Shown piece by piece: positions 17,990-28,259 of a stretch of DNA of 64,000 bases (position 1 is the stretch's first letter; each line of letters starts with the position of its first letter). The notes under the pieces were generated by a model. It searched no databases. It saw nothing but the letters and a program-made list of their open reading frames with translations, and had not been told where the DNA came from. Made by a program: the position numbers and the translations under genes. This stretch comes from an uncultured Gammaproteobacteria bacterium. GTDB lineage: Bacteria > Pseudomonadota > Gammaproteobacteria > Eutrophobiales > Eutrophobiaceae. The stretch is from positions 230,636 through 294,635 of the forward strand of contig CALSRS010000002.1 in the NCBI GenBank assembly GCA_943788815.1. Direction: 5' to 3'.

Positions 17990-20080
17990 ATGTTTATGCA
18001 TCTTAAATTAATTCAGTTTTGCCTATTATTTAGTTTGGTTCACACTGCCGGAGCTATCACTCCAATAGTTGATGAGTCGGAACTACACCCTAATAAAGAT
18101 CAGGAACGGGCGACGGAAATCATTCTCCATATAATAGAGAATTATCACTACCGCACCAGACTTCTCGATGATGAATTATCTAGTGAAATTTTTGATTCTT
18201 ATCTTAAAAGCATGGATCCCAATAAAAGTTTTTTTACCCATGCTGATATAGATGAATTTGAAAATTATCGCTATAGCCTGGACGATGCACTGGACGATGC
18301 TCAACTAGACACCGCATTTATTATTTTCAGACGCTACCGTACCAGGGTACAGGAACGCGTCGAATTCGCCCTGGAACAACTTAAAGGAGAATTTGATTTT
18401 TCAGTTGATGAAGACTATCAGTTTGATAGATCTGAGCTAATCTGGCCAACAGATTTGGAACAGAATGAAATCTGGCGCAAGAGAGTAAAAAATGATTTCC
18501 TTAATCTAAAACTTGCAGATAAAACTGAAGATGAAATAAGGGAAACACTGTCGAAGCGATATCAACGACTTACAACTAGTACCCTGCAATTCAACACCAG
18601 TGATATATTTCAGCTGTTTGTAAATGCTTATACCAGCAGCATAGAACCACATACTTCATATTTTTCACCCAGGACTTCTGAAAATTTTGATATCAGTATG
18701 AGCCTGTCTCTTGAGGGGATCGGTGCCGTACTTCGTGGCGATACAGATTATACCGAAGTCCAGAGCGTCGTACCTGGTGGCCCTGCGGACCTTAGCGAAT
18801 TATTACATGATGGTGACAAAATTATCGGCGTCGGTCAGGAAGAGGATGGGGAAATTGTAGATGTTATAGGGTGGCGTCTGGATGATGTTGTGGACCTGAT
18901 TCGTGGTCCTAAAGGCTCAATAGTACGCCTGGAAGTATTACCGAAAGATGCAGGACTGGAAGGTCCAAGCAAAACTATTTTAATTACACGTGATGAGATT
19001 AAACTGGAAGAACAGGCCGCTAAGTCTGAAATTATTGAAACTGAAACTGGTGGCCACATGGGCGTTATTACTATCCAAACCTTCTATAGCGATTTTGCTG
19101 CCCAGGCCAGAGGTGAACCCGATTTCAAGAGTACGACCAGAGATGTTCGTAAACTTCTGGCTGAAATGGAACAGGAAAATATTGATGGCTTAATCATAGA
19201 TCTAAGAGACAATGGTGGCGGCTCATTATCCGAGGCTATCGAATTTACAGGTTTATTTATTGAGTCTGGCCCCGTAGTACAAACCAAAGACTCCACGGGA
19301 AACATTGATATCAACCGTGATAGAGACCCCGATATAGTTTATGGAGGTCCTCTTGCTGTATTGGTAAACAGGAACAGTGCGTCCGCTTCTGAAATTTTTG
19401 CCGGTGCTATTCAGGACTACCATAGGGGCATTATTTTGGGAGAACCGACTTTTGGTAAAGGTACTGTACAAAATATTGTTGATCTAAACCGATTTTCCAG
19501 AAGTGGGAATGATTATGGAAGATTAAAAACTACCATTGCCCAGTTTTTCCGTATCAATGGCGGCAGTAATCAACATAAAGGCGTAATCCCTGACATAATT
19601 TATCCAACTGCCAGCTTCAGTGCAGAACATGGAGAAAGGTCTCTTGATAATGCATTACCATGGGATGAAATTAAACCTGCCAGATTTGTACCTGCACAAG
19701 CACCTTTAGACCGTTTTGATAGCGCCAAGCTTCGTCATGAAAATCGAATTGAATCAGACAAGTTGTTTCAGCTATTGCTTGATGAACAACGACTGGTGTA
19801 TGAAATAAACGAAAAGAAAATTACAAGTTTGCAGGAAACCAAACGTAAAACTGAGCGGGAAACATTAAGTACTGCGCGCAAAACATTACAAAATGAATTT
19901 CGTATTGCCCAGGGACTTGCCCCGTTGGATGATGAATCAGATGACCAGGATTTTGAAGACACCGAACCTGTTGATGTTATTCTAAATGAATCCGCTCGTA
20001 TCCTGGAAGATTTACTAATACCGCCGCAAACCACAGCATCTTCTGTGAATAAGCGCACAGAAATCTCCAATCCACTATAG
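17990..20080 (+). CDS. prc: Tail-specific (carboxy-terminal processing) protease, S41 family
   Basis: Signal peptide, PDZ region (LEGIGAVL), DLRDNGGGSL, catalytic SASASEI and TFGKGTVQ. Confidence 0.93.
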   Translation: MFMHLKLIQFCLLFSLVHTAGAITPIVDESELHPNKDQERATEIILHIIENYHYRTRLLDDELSSEIFDSYLKSMDPNKSFFTHADIDEFENYRYSLDDALDDAQLDTAFIIFRRYRTRVQERVEFALEQLKGEFDFSVDEDYQFDRSELIWPTDLEQNEIWRKRVKNDFLNLKLADKTEDEIRETLSKRYQRLTTSTLQFNTSDIFQLFVNAYTSSIEPHTSYFSPRTSENFDISMSLSLEGIGAVLRGDTDYTEVQSVVPGGPADLSELLHDGDKIIGVGQEEDGEIVDVIGWRLDDVVDLIRGPKGSIVRLEVLPKDAGLEGPSKTILITRDEIKLEEQAAKSEIIETETGGHMGVITIQTFYSDFAAQARGEPDFKSTTRDVRKLLAEMEQENIDGLIIDLRDNGGGSLSEAIEFTGLFIESGPVVQTKDSTGNIDINRDRDPDIVYGGPLAVLVNRNSASASEIFAGAIQDYHRGIILGEPTFGKGTVQNIVDLNRFSRSGNDYGRLKTTIAQFFRINGGSNQHKGVIPDIIYPTASFSAEHGERSLDNALPWDEIKPARFVPAQAPLDRFDSAKLRHENRIESDKLFQLLLDEQRLVYEINEKKITSLQETKRKTERETLSTARKTLQNEFRIAQGLAPLDDESDDQDFEDTEPVDVILNESARILEDLLIPPQTTASSVNKRTEISNPL

Positions 20081-20116
20081 ATTATTTTCTCTATTTAAAG
20101 CCTTTTTATTCATAAA

Positions 20117-20129
20117 AATCAATTAGTTA
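20117..20129 (+). promoter_or_regulatory. Possible IHF-binding site upstream of the PilZ-like gene
   Basis: AATCAATTAGTTA matches WATCAANNNNTTR exactly; a near copy ATTCAATTAGTTA lies at 17668-17680. The AT-rich background makes chance matches plausible. Confidence 0.3.
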
Positions 20130-20269
20130 AATATTCATTATATTTATTATTTAATGTGATATTTAATATAAACTCTCTAATCAACGGAATTTAAAGGATT
20201 TTTTTCTTGCTTTTATAAAAAAGATAGTCTAAAAAGAACGATAATTCAGGAATATTTCTAGGGAAATAT

Positions 20270-20788
20270 ATGTATTCTCAAAGAGTTAATCGTTATAGTT
20301 CACAGACTGCACGAATGACACCTGCCATTCTTCGTCGATCACAGCTACTCAGTGATAAACCCATACATGATATTAAAACAGGCTTTATAAGACATCCCAG
20401 TGGATTTCCTCTAGAGATTAAAAGGCGTCGCTTTTGGGAACGTACATCATTACCAGATACGAATAACCCCAAAATTGGGATCATTTTTGAATCTACAGAA
20501 TACATTAAGCCAGGAGAGATCATTGAGATTTCCATTCTTTTGCAAAGCAAGCTGGAATCTTTCACAGGAAAGGTAATCCTGGTGAAAAATAACGGTGATG
20601 ATTATGAAATCGGTCTGTGGCTTTTATACCAGGAAGACGCAAGCCGTGCACGGATTGTAGAGCAACTCTGTCATATTGAACTTTATATGCAGGAAAAGAA
20701 ATATAGAGAAGGACCTTATAATATCAACCCTGACAGAGTAGCAAGTGAATGGATAACAAAATATGCTAGTGAGGTTCCATCTTTGTAG
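20270..20788 (+). CDS. PilZ-like domain protein with degenerate c-di-GMP motifs
   Basis: FIRHPSGFPLEI...GIIFES...YEIGL, followed by RARIVEQLCHIELY...EWITKYA, a C-terminal pattern I recognise from a gammaproteobacterial single-domain PilZ subfamily. Confidence 0.65.
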   Translation: MYSQRVNRYSSQTARMTPAILRRSQLLSDKPIHDIKTGFIRHPSGFPLEIKRRRFWERTSLPDTNNPKIGIIFESTEYIKPGEIIEISILLQSKLESFTGKVILVKNNGDDYEIGLWLLYQEDASRARIVEQLCHIELYMQEKKYREGPYNINPDRVASEWITKYASEVPSL

Positions 20789-20832
20789 TAATTCACGAGA
20801 AATAAAATAAATTCTCCATACAAAGCATACAA

Positions 20833-21804
20833 TTACATATTACTTTCATTTAGCAGTTGTTCAAAATATTCAATGGTCTGTTTTAAACCATCTTTTAATT
20901 TTACTTTTGGTTCCCAATTTAGCGATTCTTTCGCCAATGTAATGTCTGGTTGACGCTGCTTAGGATCATCTTCAGGTAAGGCTAAGAACTCAAGTTTCGA
21001 GCTAGAACCTGTCATCTCTATAATATTTTCTGCAAGTTCTTTTACCGTAAATTCACCGGGATTCCCGAGATTCAGAGGTCCAGTCAGGTCATCACTTGAA
21101 TTCATAAAACGGACAAAACCCTCAATTAAATCATCTACAAAACAAAATGACCGGGTTTGTGAGCCATCTCCATAAATGGTAATCGGCTGATTGCTTAACG
21201 CCTGTAATATAAAATTGGAAACTACTCGACCATCATTTGGTTGCATTTTGGGGCCATAGGTATTGAAAATCCTGGCTACCTTGATCCTTAGATTATGTTG
21301 ACGATGATAATCAAAAAACAGTGTTTCTGCACAGCGCTTGCCCTCATCATAACAGGAGCGAGGGCCGATTGGATTGACGTTTCCCCAGTAACTTTCAGGT
21401 TGAGGATGAACAGCTGGGTCACCGTAGACTTCACTGGTGGATGCCTGAAATATTTTTGCTTTAGTCCGCTTCGCCAATCCAAGCATATTAATTGCGCCAT
21501 GCACACTGGTCTTGGTTGTCTGGACGGGGTCGTGCTGATAGTGAACGGGAGAAGCAGGACAGGCAAGATTATAGATTTCGTCTACTTCAATATATAAGGG
21601 GAATGTTACGTCATGACGGACCAACTCGAAATTTGAGTAATCCAGCAAATGCCTGATATTACTTTTACTTCCTGTAAAATAATTATCTAGACAAATTACA
21701 TCGTGCCCCACTGTAAGTAATTGTTCACACAAATGTGACCCAAGAAAACCTGTGCCACCTGTTACCAGAATCTTTTTCATTTGACTAATTCCATTATTGT
21801 TCAT
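20833..21804 (-). CDS. uxs: UDP-glucuronate decarboxylase (UDP-xylose synthase)
   Basis: [54 protein letters not shown] and [10 protein letters not shown]. Confidence 0.92.
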   Translation of the reverse strand: MNNNGISQMKKILVTGGTGFLGSHLCEQLLTVGHDVICLDNYFTGSKSNIRHLLDYSNFELVRHDVTFPLYIEVDEIYNLACPASPVHYQHDPVQTTKTSVHGAINMLGLAKRTKAKIFQASTSEVYGDPAVHPQPESYWGNVNPIGPRSCYDEGKRCAETLFFDYHRQHNLRIKVARIFNTYGPKMQPNDGRVVSNFILQALSNQPITIYGDGSQTRSFCFVDDLIEGFVRFMNSSDDLTGPLNLGNPGEFTVKELAENIIEMTGSSSKLEFLALPEDDPKQRQPDITLAKESLNWEPKVKLKDGLKQTIEYFEQLLNESNM

Positions 21805-21822
21805 TCTTGTTATTCCTGAATC

Positions 21823-22455
21823 CTAACCACACTCAATGCCAGTTCCACCTAATCCACAATAACCACCAGGATTTTTTGCCAGGTATTGCTGATGATAATC
21901 CTCTGCATAATAAAACTCCGGGGCAGCTATTATCTCTGTTGTAATTTCACTATAGCCCGCAGTGGACAAATCTTGCTGATATCGCTGTTTAGATTTAACT
22001 GCCAGATTATACTGATTATCATTAATGCAATATATACCTGAACGATATTGTGTCCCTATATCATTTCCCTGTTGCATACCCTGAGTTGGATTGTGTGATT
22101 CCCAAAATATGACCAAGAGATCAGAATAATCGATGACAGTTGGATCAAAACAGACTCTTACGACTTCATTATGAGCTGTTTTGCCACTGCAAACTTCTTC
22201 ATAGTTTGGATTTGGAGTATAGCCTCCAGCATATCCTACCGCTGTAGAATACACTCCGATGCTTTCCCAGAATTTTTTTTCGGCTCCCCAAAAGCATCCC
22301 ATACCAAATAGAGCCAATTCCATATTTTCCGGGAAGGGGGGGCAAATTGGATGATGATTCACAAAATGGAGATTAGTAATCTCCATGGAATCTAGACGTC
22401 CTGGCAAGGCTTCATCTGCTGATGGAACAGCATTGTTTCCTCTAAAAAAATTCAT
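21823..22455 (-). CDS. msrA: Peptide methionine sulfoxide reductase A
   Basis: [32 protein letters not shown] and C-terminal [10 protein letters not shown]. Confidence 0.96.
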   Translation of the reverse strand: MNFFRGNNAVPSADEALPGRLDSMEITNLHFVNHHPICPPFPENMELALFGMGCFWGAEKKFWESIGVYSTAVGYAGGYTPNPNYEEVCSGKTAHNEVVRVCFDPTVIDYSDLLVIFWESHNPTQGMQQGNDIGTQYRSGIYCINDNQYNLAVKSKQRYQQDLSTAGYSEITTEIIAAPEFYYAEDYHQQYLAKNPGGYCGLGGTGIECG

Positions 22456-23210
22456 GACTCTTGAACGATAGTTATCGCGTTATCAGGATTGTAGATATCT
22501 AGATAGGCGAGATAAACACTTGCGATGGTCATAGGCATTAATATAAACCAACCCAGCATTAACGGTAAGGTAGCAATAAATGATAGTACTAGTCCTACAA
22601 ATCCATAGATCAAAAAAGCCATTATATTTTTCATGCAGCCAGAAAAGCTATCTTTTATGGCATCCACGGGACCCATTTCTTCCAGTACCGTCAGCGCAGG
22701 TGCAAACCAGAAAGCCATTAATAAAGGAACGTAAAAAAACAGTCCCGTTAAAATCACCAGTAACATATTTCTTATATGTTCTAGTGACAATTCTTGAAGT
22801 GCACTCTCCGCACCACCTTGTGCTATTAAGTTGATAAATTCCAGACCAACAGTTAGAAATAACACAATGACCATAAATATGAAGATCATTACTGAACCTA
22901 AGGTATATAAAACACCTAATAGGACAAGATTACCCGTATACTGGCTAAACCCGGCAAAAAGATGATTAATTTTCAGCCCTTTACCATCGCCAATATCTCG
23001 ACATCCAAGGAGCAACCCTCCAATAAAGACCGGAGTCAATAACTGGGTTAGTAACATTCCAGCTATAGGTAACATGCCGAGAGTAATATTTATGACCAGT
23101 AAAATAACAGCGCTGCCTATCCATGGCCCTGCACTTAGCCTGAAATACTCAAACCCCTCTGAAAACCATGCAGCACCTCGACTTGCTGGAACTACATTCA
23201 CATTTACCAT
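22452..23210 (-). CDS. BPSS1780-family integral membrane protein
   Basis: [23 protein letters not shown] and Y.AY.DIY; multiple transmembrane segments. Confidence 0.75.
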   Translation of the reverse strand: MVNVNVVPASRGAAWFSEGFEYFRLSAGPWIGSAVILLVINITLGMLPIAGMLLTQLLTPVFIGGLLLGCRDIGDGKGLKINHLFAGFSQYTGNLVLLGVLYTLGSVMIFIFMVIVLFLTVGLEFINLIAQGGAESALQELSLEHIRNMLLVILTGLFFYVPLLMAFWFAPALTVLEEMGPVDAIKDSFSGCMKNIMAFLIYGFVGLVLSFIATLPLMLGWFILMPMTIASVYLAYLDIYNPDNAITIVQES

Positions 23211-23470
23211 AACTAACCCCTTGTTATTTGATTCTGATTCGATACTGCTAAAAGAATATCATTAATTAGCAAATTACATTTTCAGATTTAGCAACTCGTT
23301 CATCATGCCGTTTCTCAACATACAGCGCTTATATTTACCTGATTTTTACCGCTGAAAAACCAATATTATTTTTATTTAACATATTATATTTCACTTAATA
23401 ATTATAACTTATTGTTTTATATGATATTTTTAATATGTTATCAGATTTTAAAAAAAAACCTAAAATAATG

Positions 23471-23510
23471 TTGCGTCGCGTCATAATCTAATTTATGATG
23501 CACTGCACAA
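23471..23510 (+). promoter_or_regulatory. Paired PhaR-like operator boxes upstream of the phasin gene
   Basis: TGCACTGCACAA (23499-23510) and TTGCGTCGCGTCAT (23471-23484) are GC-rich TGC-N3-GC(A) boxes in very AT-rich DNA, 24-63 bp upstream of the phasin ATG. Confidence 0.55.
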
Positions 23511-23534
23511 GAGTCATAAAACGAGGAAATCTCT

Positions 23535-23861
23535 ATGAACGAACAATTTGAAAAATATTATGCGCCTGTTAAGGATCTTAATGCACTGGCTGTCAGCAAT
23601 TTTGAAAAAATTCTGGAATTACAGTTGAAATATTTTGAAGATTCCACCAAAGCTGGAATTGAAGGTCTGAAAAGTGCTGTTGCCATTAATGATGCAGAAG
23701 GTTTTAAAGATTATATTAATGCCCAGGTTGAAACATCCAAGCAATTTACAGAACGTGCTATAGAAGATGGAAAAAATGCCCTGGAACTTGGAAATAGTTA
23801 CGCTGCAGAAGTACAAAAGGTAGTTAAAGAGACTATATCAGTACCAAAAGCTGCCGAATAA
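23535..23861 (+). CDS. phaP: Phasin-family (PHA granule-associated) protein
   Basis: 108-aa helical protein (PVKDLNALAVSNFEKILELQL...EDGK...ELG...EVQK); GAGG Shine-Dalgarno; PhaR-like boxes upstream. Confidence 0.8.
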   Translation: MNEQFEKYYAPVKDLNALAVSNFEKILELQLKYFEDSTKAGIEGLKSAVAINDAEGFKDYINAQVETSKQFTERAIEDGKNALELGNSYAAEVQKVVKETISVPKAAE

Positions 23862-23907
23862 AGTCTTCAAAACACCATTCTTGCCCCCCCGAGAATTGGT
23901 GGTTTAT

Positions 23908-23940
23908 AAGCCGCCCTATTTATTGATAGGGCGGCTTTTC
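23908..23940. terminator. Intrinsic terminator, probably bidirectional, between the phasin and the ABC transporter
   Basis: 12-bp perfect stem AAGCCGCCCTAT / ATAGGGCGGCTT running into a T tract. Confidence 0.85.
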
Positions 23941-23942
23941 TA

Positions 23943-25754
23943 TTATATAGCCTCTATTTCCTCTACCAAGTCCAGTGCGGCAATTGGGACTTCTCTGTCG
24001 AATTGTAATCTAGCGAGTTGAGCATATAGGCCTTCTTTTTTGATAAGATCAGCATGCCTGCCTTCATCAATGATCTGCCCTTTTGATAATACGATAATTC
24101 GATCAGCTTTCTTTACTGTCGCCAATCTGTGTGCAATTACAATTGTTGTTCTATCACGCATTAGATGTTCCAGGGCTTCTTGAACCAGGAGCTCACTTTG
24201 AGCATCCAGTGAACTGGTGGCTTCATCAAGTAAAAGCACAGGGGGATTTTTAAGTATTGCCCTGGCAATTGCCAGGCGTTGTTGTTGCCCTCCTGATAAC
24301 CTTGCACCCTTTTCACCTAGATACGTATTGTATTGATCAGGCAATTCACAAATAAAATCATGTGCTATGGCAATTTTTGCTGCATTTATAACTTCTTCAT
24401 CACTGGCTTCTGGCCTACCAAGCCTGATGTTTTCCAGAACAGATTCTGCAAATAACACAGTGTTTTGAGGCACAATACCAATGCGTTGCCTCACATCGCT
24501 AAGAGATGCAGAGCGAATATTTACATCGTCATAAATAATTTCCCCTTGCTGAGGGTCATAAAATCTCATCAATAACTGAAATACTGTGCTTTTACCTGCC
24601 CCAGACGGACCTACCAGGGCGACTGTTTCCCCTGCTTTTATATTCAGCGAAAAATCTTTTAGTGCGAATTGTTCAAGGCGGGATGGATAACTAAAACTAA
24701 GGTTTCTTATATCTAAATTTCCTTTACTTTGACCAAACTGCTCAGGGTTCTTTACCGTCTGCACTGAGGGCATGGCAGTAATCAGTTCCAACAATCGCTC
24801 CATAGCACCTGCTGCGCGTTGAACATCAGACCAGACTTCACCTAGAGCCATTGTCGTACCAGCGACTATGGTGGCATATAATAAAAATTGTCCTAAAGTA
24901 CCAGTAGACATTTCACCGGCTATCACCTCTCTGGCACCTATCCAGAGAACGCAAACTATTGCCCCAAAAGCAATTAACACCATCGATGCAGATAAAATCG
25001 AACTGAGCAAAATTCGCTGACGTGCTGTTTGAAAAGCAGTTTCAACAAATGTTGAAAATTTGGAGGATAATAAAGTTTCCAGGTTATAGGCCTGGACGAT
25101 ATGTATACTATTTAATGATTCATCAGCAATACCACCAAGATCAGCTACCCGATCCTGGCTAGAACGTGATAAGCGGCGAACCCGTTTTCCATATACCATC
25201 ACTGGAAATACCACAACGGGAATTAATAAAAACAATAAAGTCGTTAATTTTGGACTTGTCACGAACAGCATCAAGAATGCACCAGCCAACATTACCGCAC
25301 TACGGACAGCGATAGACATTCCAGCCCCAAATACTGTCTGAACCAGTGTCGTATCTGTTGTTAACCTGGATAATACTTCACCCGTTCGAGTTGTTTCATA
25401 AAAACTGGGACAAAGTGTAATAACATTCGCATAGACTGCATTTCGAATATCGGCAACCACACGCTCACCAATCCACATGACGGTGTAAAACCTTAATGCC
25501 GCAAAAATTGCAAATACTCCAGCAAGAACAAATAGATAAAGAAAGTACTTATCAATTGATTCGGCTTGTCCACTTGAAAATCCATAGTCAATTACTGCCC
25601 GAAATGCTATAGGCATGCCTAGCGCCGCTCCTGCTGCAATTAGCAAAAATGAAATAGCAAATGCCAGTCGCATTTTATACTTAAGTAGAAAAGGCAACGC
25701 CTCTTTAAGTGGCCTCAGATCTTTGCTAGCGGGACGTTCAGAACTATTTTTCAT
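23943..25754 (-). CDS. ABC exporter, fused permease/ATPase (MsbA-related subfamily)
   Basis: Six-TM N-terminus with RTGEVLSRLTTDTTL; Walker A GPSGAGKS, signature LSGGQQQR and Walker B LLLDEATS. Confidence 0.92.
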   Translation of the reverse strand: MKNSSERPASKDLRPLKEALPFLLKYKMRLAFAISFLLIAAGAALGMPIAFRAVIDYGFSSGQAESIDKYFLYLFVLAGVFAIFAALRFYTVMWIGERVVADIRNAVYANVITLCPSFYETTRTGEVLSRLTTDTTLVQTVFGAGMSIAVRSAVMLAGAFLMLFVTSPKLTTLLFLLIPVVVFPVMVYGKRVRRLSRSSQDRVADLGGIADESLNSIHIVQAYNLETLLSSKFSTFVETAFQTARQRILLSSILSASMVLIAFGAIVCVLWIGAREVIAGEMSTGTLGQFLLYATIVAGTTMALGEVWSDVQRAAGAMERLLELITAMPSVQTVKNPEQFGQSKGNLDIRNLSFSYPSRLEQFALKDFSLNIKAGETVALVGPSGAGKSTVFQLLMRFYDPQQGEIIYDDVNIRSASLSDVRQRIGIVPQNTVLFAESVLENIRLGRPEASDEEVINAAKIAIAHDFICELPDQYNTYLGEKGARLSGGQQQRLAIARAILKNPPVLLLDEATSSLDAQSELLVQEALEHLMRDRTTIVIAHRLATVKKADRIIVLSKGQIIDEGRHADLIKKEGLYAQLARLQFDREVPIAALDLVEEIEAI

Positions 25755-25867
25755 ATATATATATTAACAGACATAATGTTGAGATGGATGATAATATAAT
25801 AAGGAATATCATTTTTGAATATTTGATTTAAATACATTCGATAAATACAAAGTAGAAATTAATTACT

Positions 25868-26866
25868 ATGTGGTCTGATTTTATTCTTGAATTCGGGATT
25901 TTCTTTGCAGAAGTTCTTTCTGTCATTCTATTAATTTCGATTGCCGTCTTATTCATTTTCTTTGCAATAACCCGGTCTCGTCCTGATATGGAAGGCCAAA
26001 TAGAAATAAGAAATTTAAACCAAAAATTCGATCAAATGCGATTGATTCTCAACTCTGTTCTACTACCTAAAAAAGAATATAAAAAATCCCTCAAAGACTA
26101 TAAGTCTGACCATAAAAAAACTAAAAATCGACCCGATGACGATAAAAGAAATCGATTATTCGTAATCAGCTTCAAAGGCGACATCAAGGCATCTGAAGTT
26201 ACTTCTCTAAGAGAAGAAATCACAGCAATTTTAGGCGTATCTAAGCAGGGTGACGAAGTCCTGGTCAAACTTGAAAGCGGTGGAGGTACTGTCCATGGAT
26301 ATGGACTTGCGGCATCCCAATTAAAACGACTGCGTGATAAGAAAATAAAATTAACGGTGTCTGTTGATAAAGTTGCTGCTAGTGGTGGCTATATGATGGC
26401 ATGTGTTGCGAACACGATTGTTTCTGCTCCTTTTGCAATAATTGGTTCAATTGGCGTCCTCGCGCAATTGCCCAACTTCAATCGTTTTTTAAAAAAACAT
26501 AATATTGATTTTGAACAAATTAGTGCCGGCAAGCATAAACGCTCTATCACTTTGTTTGGAGAGAACACCAAGCAAGACAGGGAAAAACTAAAAGAGGAAC
26601 TGGAAGATACTCATGAATTATTCAAACAATTTATTATAGAAAATCGTGAGATTGTTGATATAGAATCCATCGCCACCGGAGAACACTGGTATGGTCAACG
26701 CGCGCTGGACTTGAATCTTGTCGATAAGATTCAAACTAGTGATGATTTTATTGGCGAAGCTACAGAAATATTTGATATCTATGAAATTGAATATTCCAGG
26801 AAGAAACCTGTAATGGAAAAAGTTTTTGGTTCAGCAGTGAAATTATTCACGCCTGATGACTACTAA
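25868..26866 (+). CDS. sohB: Inner-membrane S49 peptidase SohB
   Basis: N-terminal TM; FKGDIKAS, LREEITAIL, LESGGGTVHGYGLAASQL, DKVAASGGYMMAC and ATGEHWYG. Confidence 0.94.
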   Translation: MWSDFILEFGIFFAEVLSVILLISIAVLFIFFAITRSRPDMEGQIEIRNLNQKFDQMRLILNSVLLPKKEYKKSLKDYKSDHKKTKNRPDDDKRNRLFVISFKGDIKASEVTSLREEITAILGVSKQGDEVLVKLESGGGTVHGYGLAASQLKRLRDKKIKLTVSVDKVAASGGYMMACVANTIVSAPFAIIGSIGVLAQLPNFNRFLKKHNIDFEQISAGKHKRSITLFGENTKQDREKLKEELEDTHELFKQFIIENREIVDIESIATGEHWYGQRALDLNLVDKIQTSDDFIGEATEIFDIYEIEYSRKKPVMEKVFGSAVKLFTPDDY

Positions 26867-26941
26867 TGTATGATTGTGGATTTCCATATTCCATCAATAT
26901 AAATTTAATCTTTATCAACTTTCCGCGTGGCTCTCCACTTC

Positions 26942-28192
26942 TTAGGTATATAAGGCCCTGACCTCTTCACCAATTATTTTAATTCCCTTCTCAACGATAG
27001 AATCATGCATGGCATAACTAATTCTCAGGCATTCTTTGCTATGAGGCCAGTCATCGCTTAAGCCAGGAAAGAAATAATTACCGGGCACTACGATGACCCC
27101 TCTTAATTTCAGTCGCAGGTAAAGCTCATGACAAGATATAGGTAAATCAGGTAACCATAACCAGAGAAATATGGCGCCTTCCATTTTATGTGTATAAAAA
27201 TTTAATCCTTTAAGTTCTTGATGCAAGCAGTTCGCGGCCTGTTCCGCCTTGCGCCGGTAATAATGCCGAATGACATTATTACTCAAGTTAATTATGTCGC
27301 GTGTATGCACTAAATCCAGTGCCAGCGCTGGTCCAAAACTCCCTATAGACAAACTGAATATCGCATTCATTTTCACAATAGAATCAATCATATCCGCATC
27401 ACCAATAATTATTCCGGTACGCGCACCCGGAAGTCCAAATTTTGACAGGCTCATGCAGAGTATCGTGTTCTTATCCCAATTTAATGTGGCATCAGTGTAG
27501 ATAATATTCGGGAAAGGCATACCATAAGCATTATCAATAATTAATGGAATATCATGATTAGATGCCAGCACCTGAAGATGTGATATTTCACTATCAGACA
27601 TGACATTTCCCGTGGGGTTAGTTGGGCGTGATATACATATAGCGCCAATTTCAGGCCCTATAGACAGGGATTCAAAATCCACATGGTATTTAAACCAATG
27701 ATCTTCCATCTTTTCAATTTCAGGTTTATGCCCAATAAACTGATCAGATGATAATCCCAGGTCACTGTATCCAATATATTCAGGCAACATTGGTAATAAT
27801 ATTTTTCTCCTGGGTCCTTTATCATAATCACCAGAAAACATATTAAATAACATAAAAAATGCTGCCTGACTTCCAGATGTTAGTGCAATATTCTCAACAC
27901 CTATTTCCCATCGATATTCACTATTAAAAAGATCAACTAAGGCTTCAATAAACTCCATATTTCCCCGTGGGGGATCATAGTCACCTATTATCTGTGCAAA
28001 CTCTACAGGGTCGGCAGCAATACGTTCCAGTCGTTCCATAATAAATTGCTGTACCTCTGGAATATGGGCAGGATTGCCACCACCTAACATTAGCAACTCA
28101 TTCTCACCTGCATTAGCATCACCAAGATCTTCCATTAATCGGACAATCCCGGAATCTTCCGTAAAGTGTTTTTGAAACTTGGAGTAGTGCAT
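26942..28192 (-). CDS. avtA: Valine--pyruvate aminotransferase
   Basis: LMEDL, MLGGGNPAHIP, PEYIGY, SRPTNPTGNV, DNAYGMPFP and PLP-lysine SLSKFGLPG. Confidence 0.92.
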   Translation of the reverse strand: MHYSKFQKHFTEDSGIVRLMEDLGDANAGENELLMLGGGNPAHIPEVQQFIMERLERIAADPVEFAQIIGDYDPPRGNMEFIEALVDLFNSEYRWEIGVENIALTSGSQAAFFMLFNMFSGDYDKGPRRKILLPMLPEYIGYSDLGLSSDQFIGHKPEIEKMEDHWFKYHVDFESLSIGPEIGAICISRPTNPTGNVMSDSEISHLQVLASNHDIPLIIDNAYGMPFPNIIYTDATLNWDKNTILCMSLSKFGLPGARTGIIIGDADMIDSIVKMNAIFSLSIGSFGPALALDLVHTRDIINLSNNVIRHYYRRKAEQAANCLHQELKGLNFYTHKMEGAIFLWLWLPDLPISCHELYLRLKLRGVIVVPGNYFFPGLSDDWPHSKECLRISYAMHDSIVEKGIKIIGEEVRALYT

Positions 28193-28259
28193 AAGGATAT
28201 TTTTATATTGGGTTAATGAATCTTAAAAAGCTGGATAAATACAAATCTTGATATTGTTA

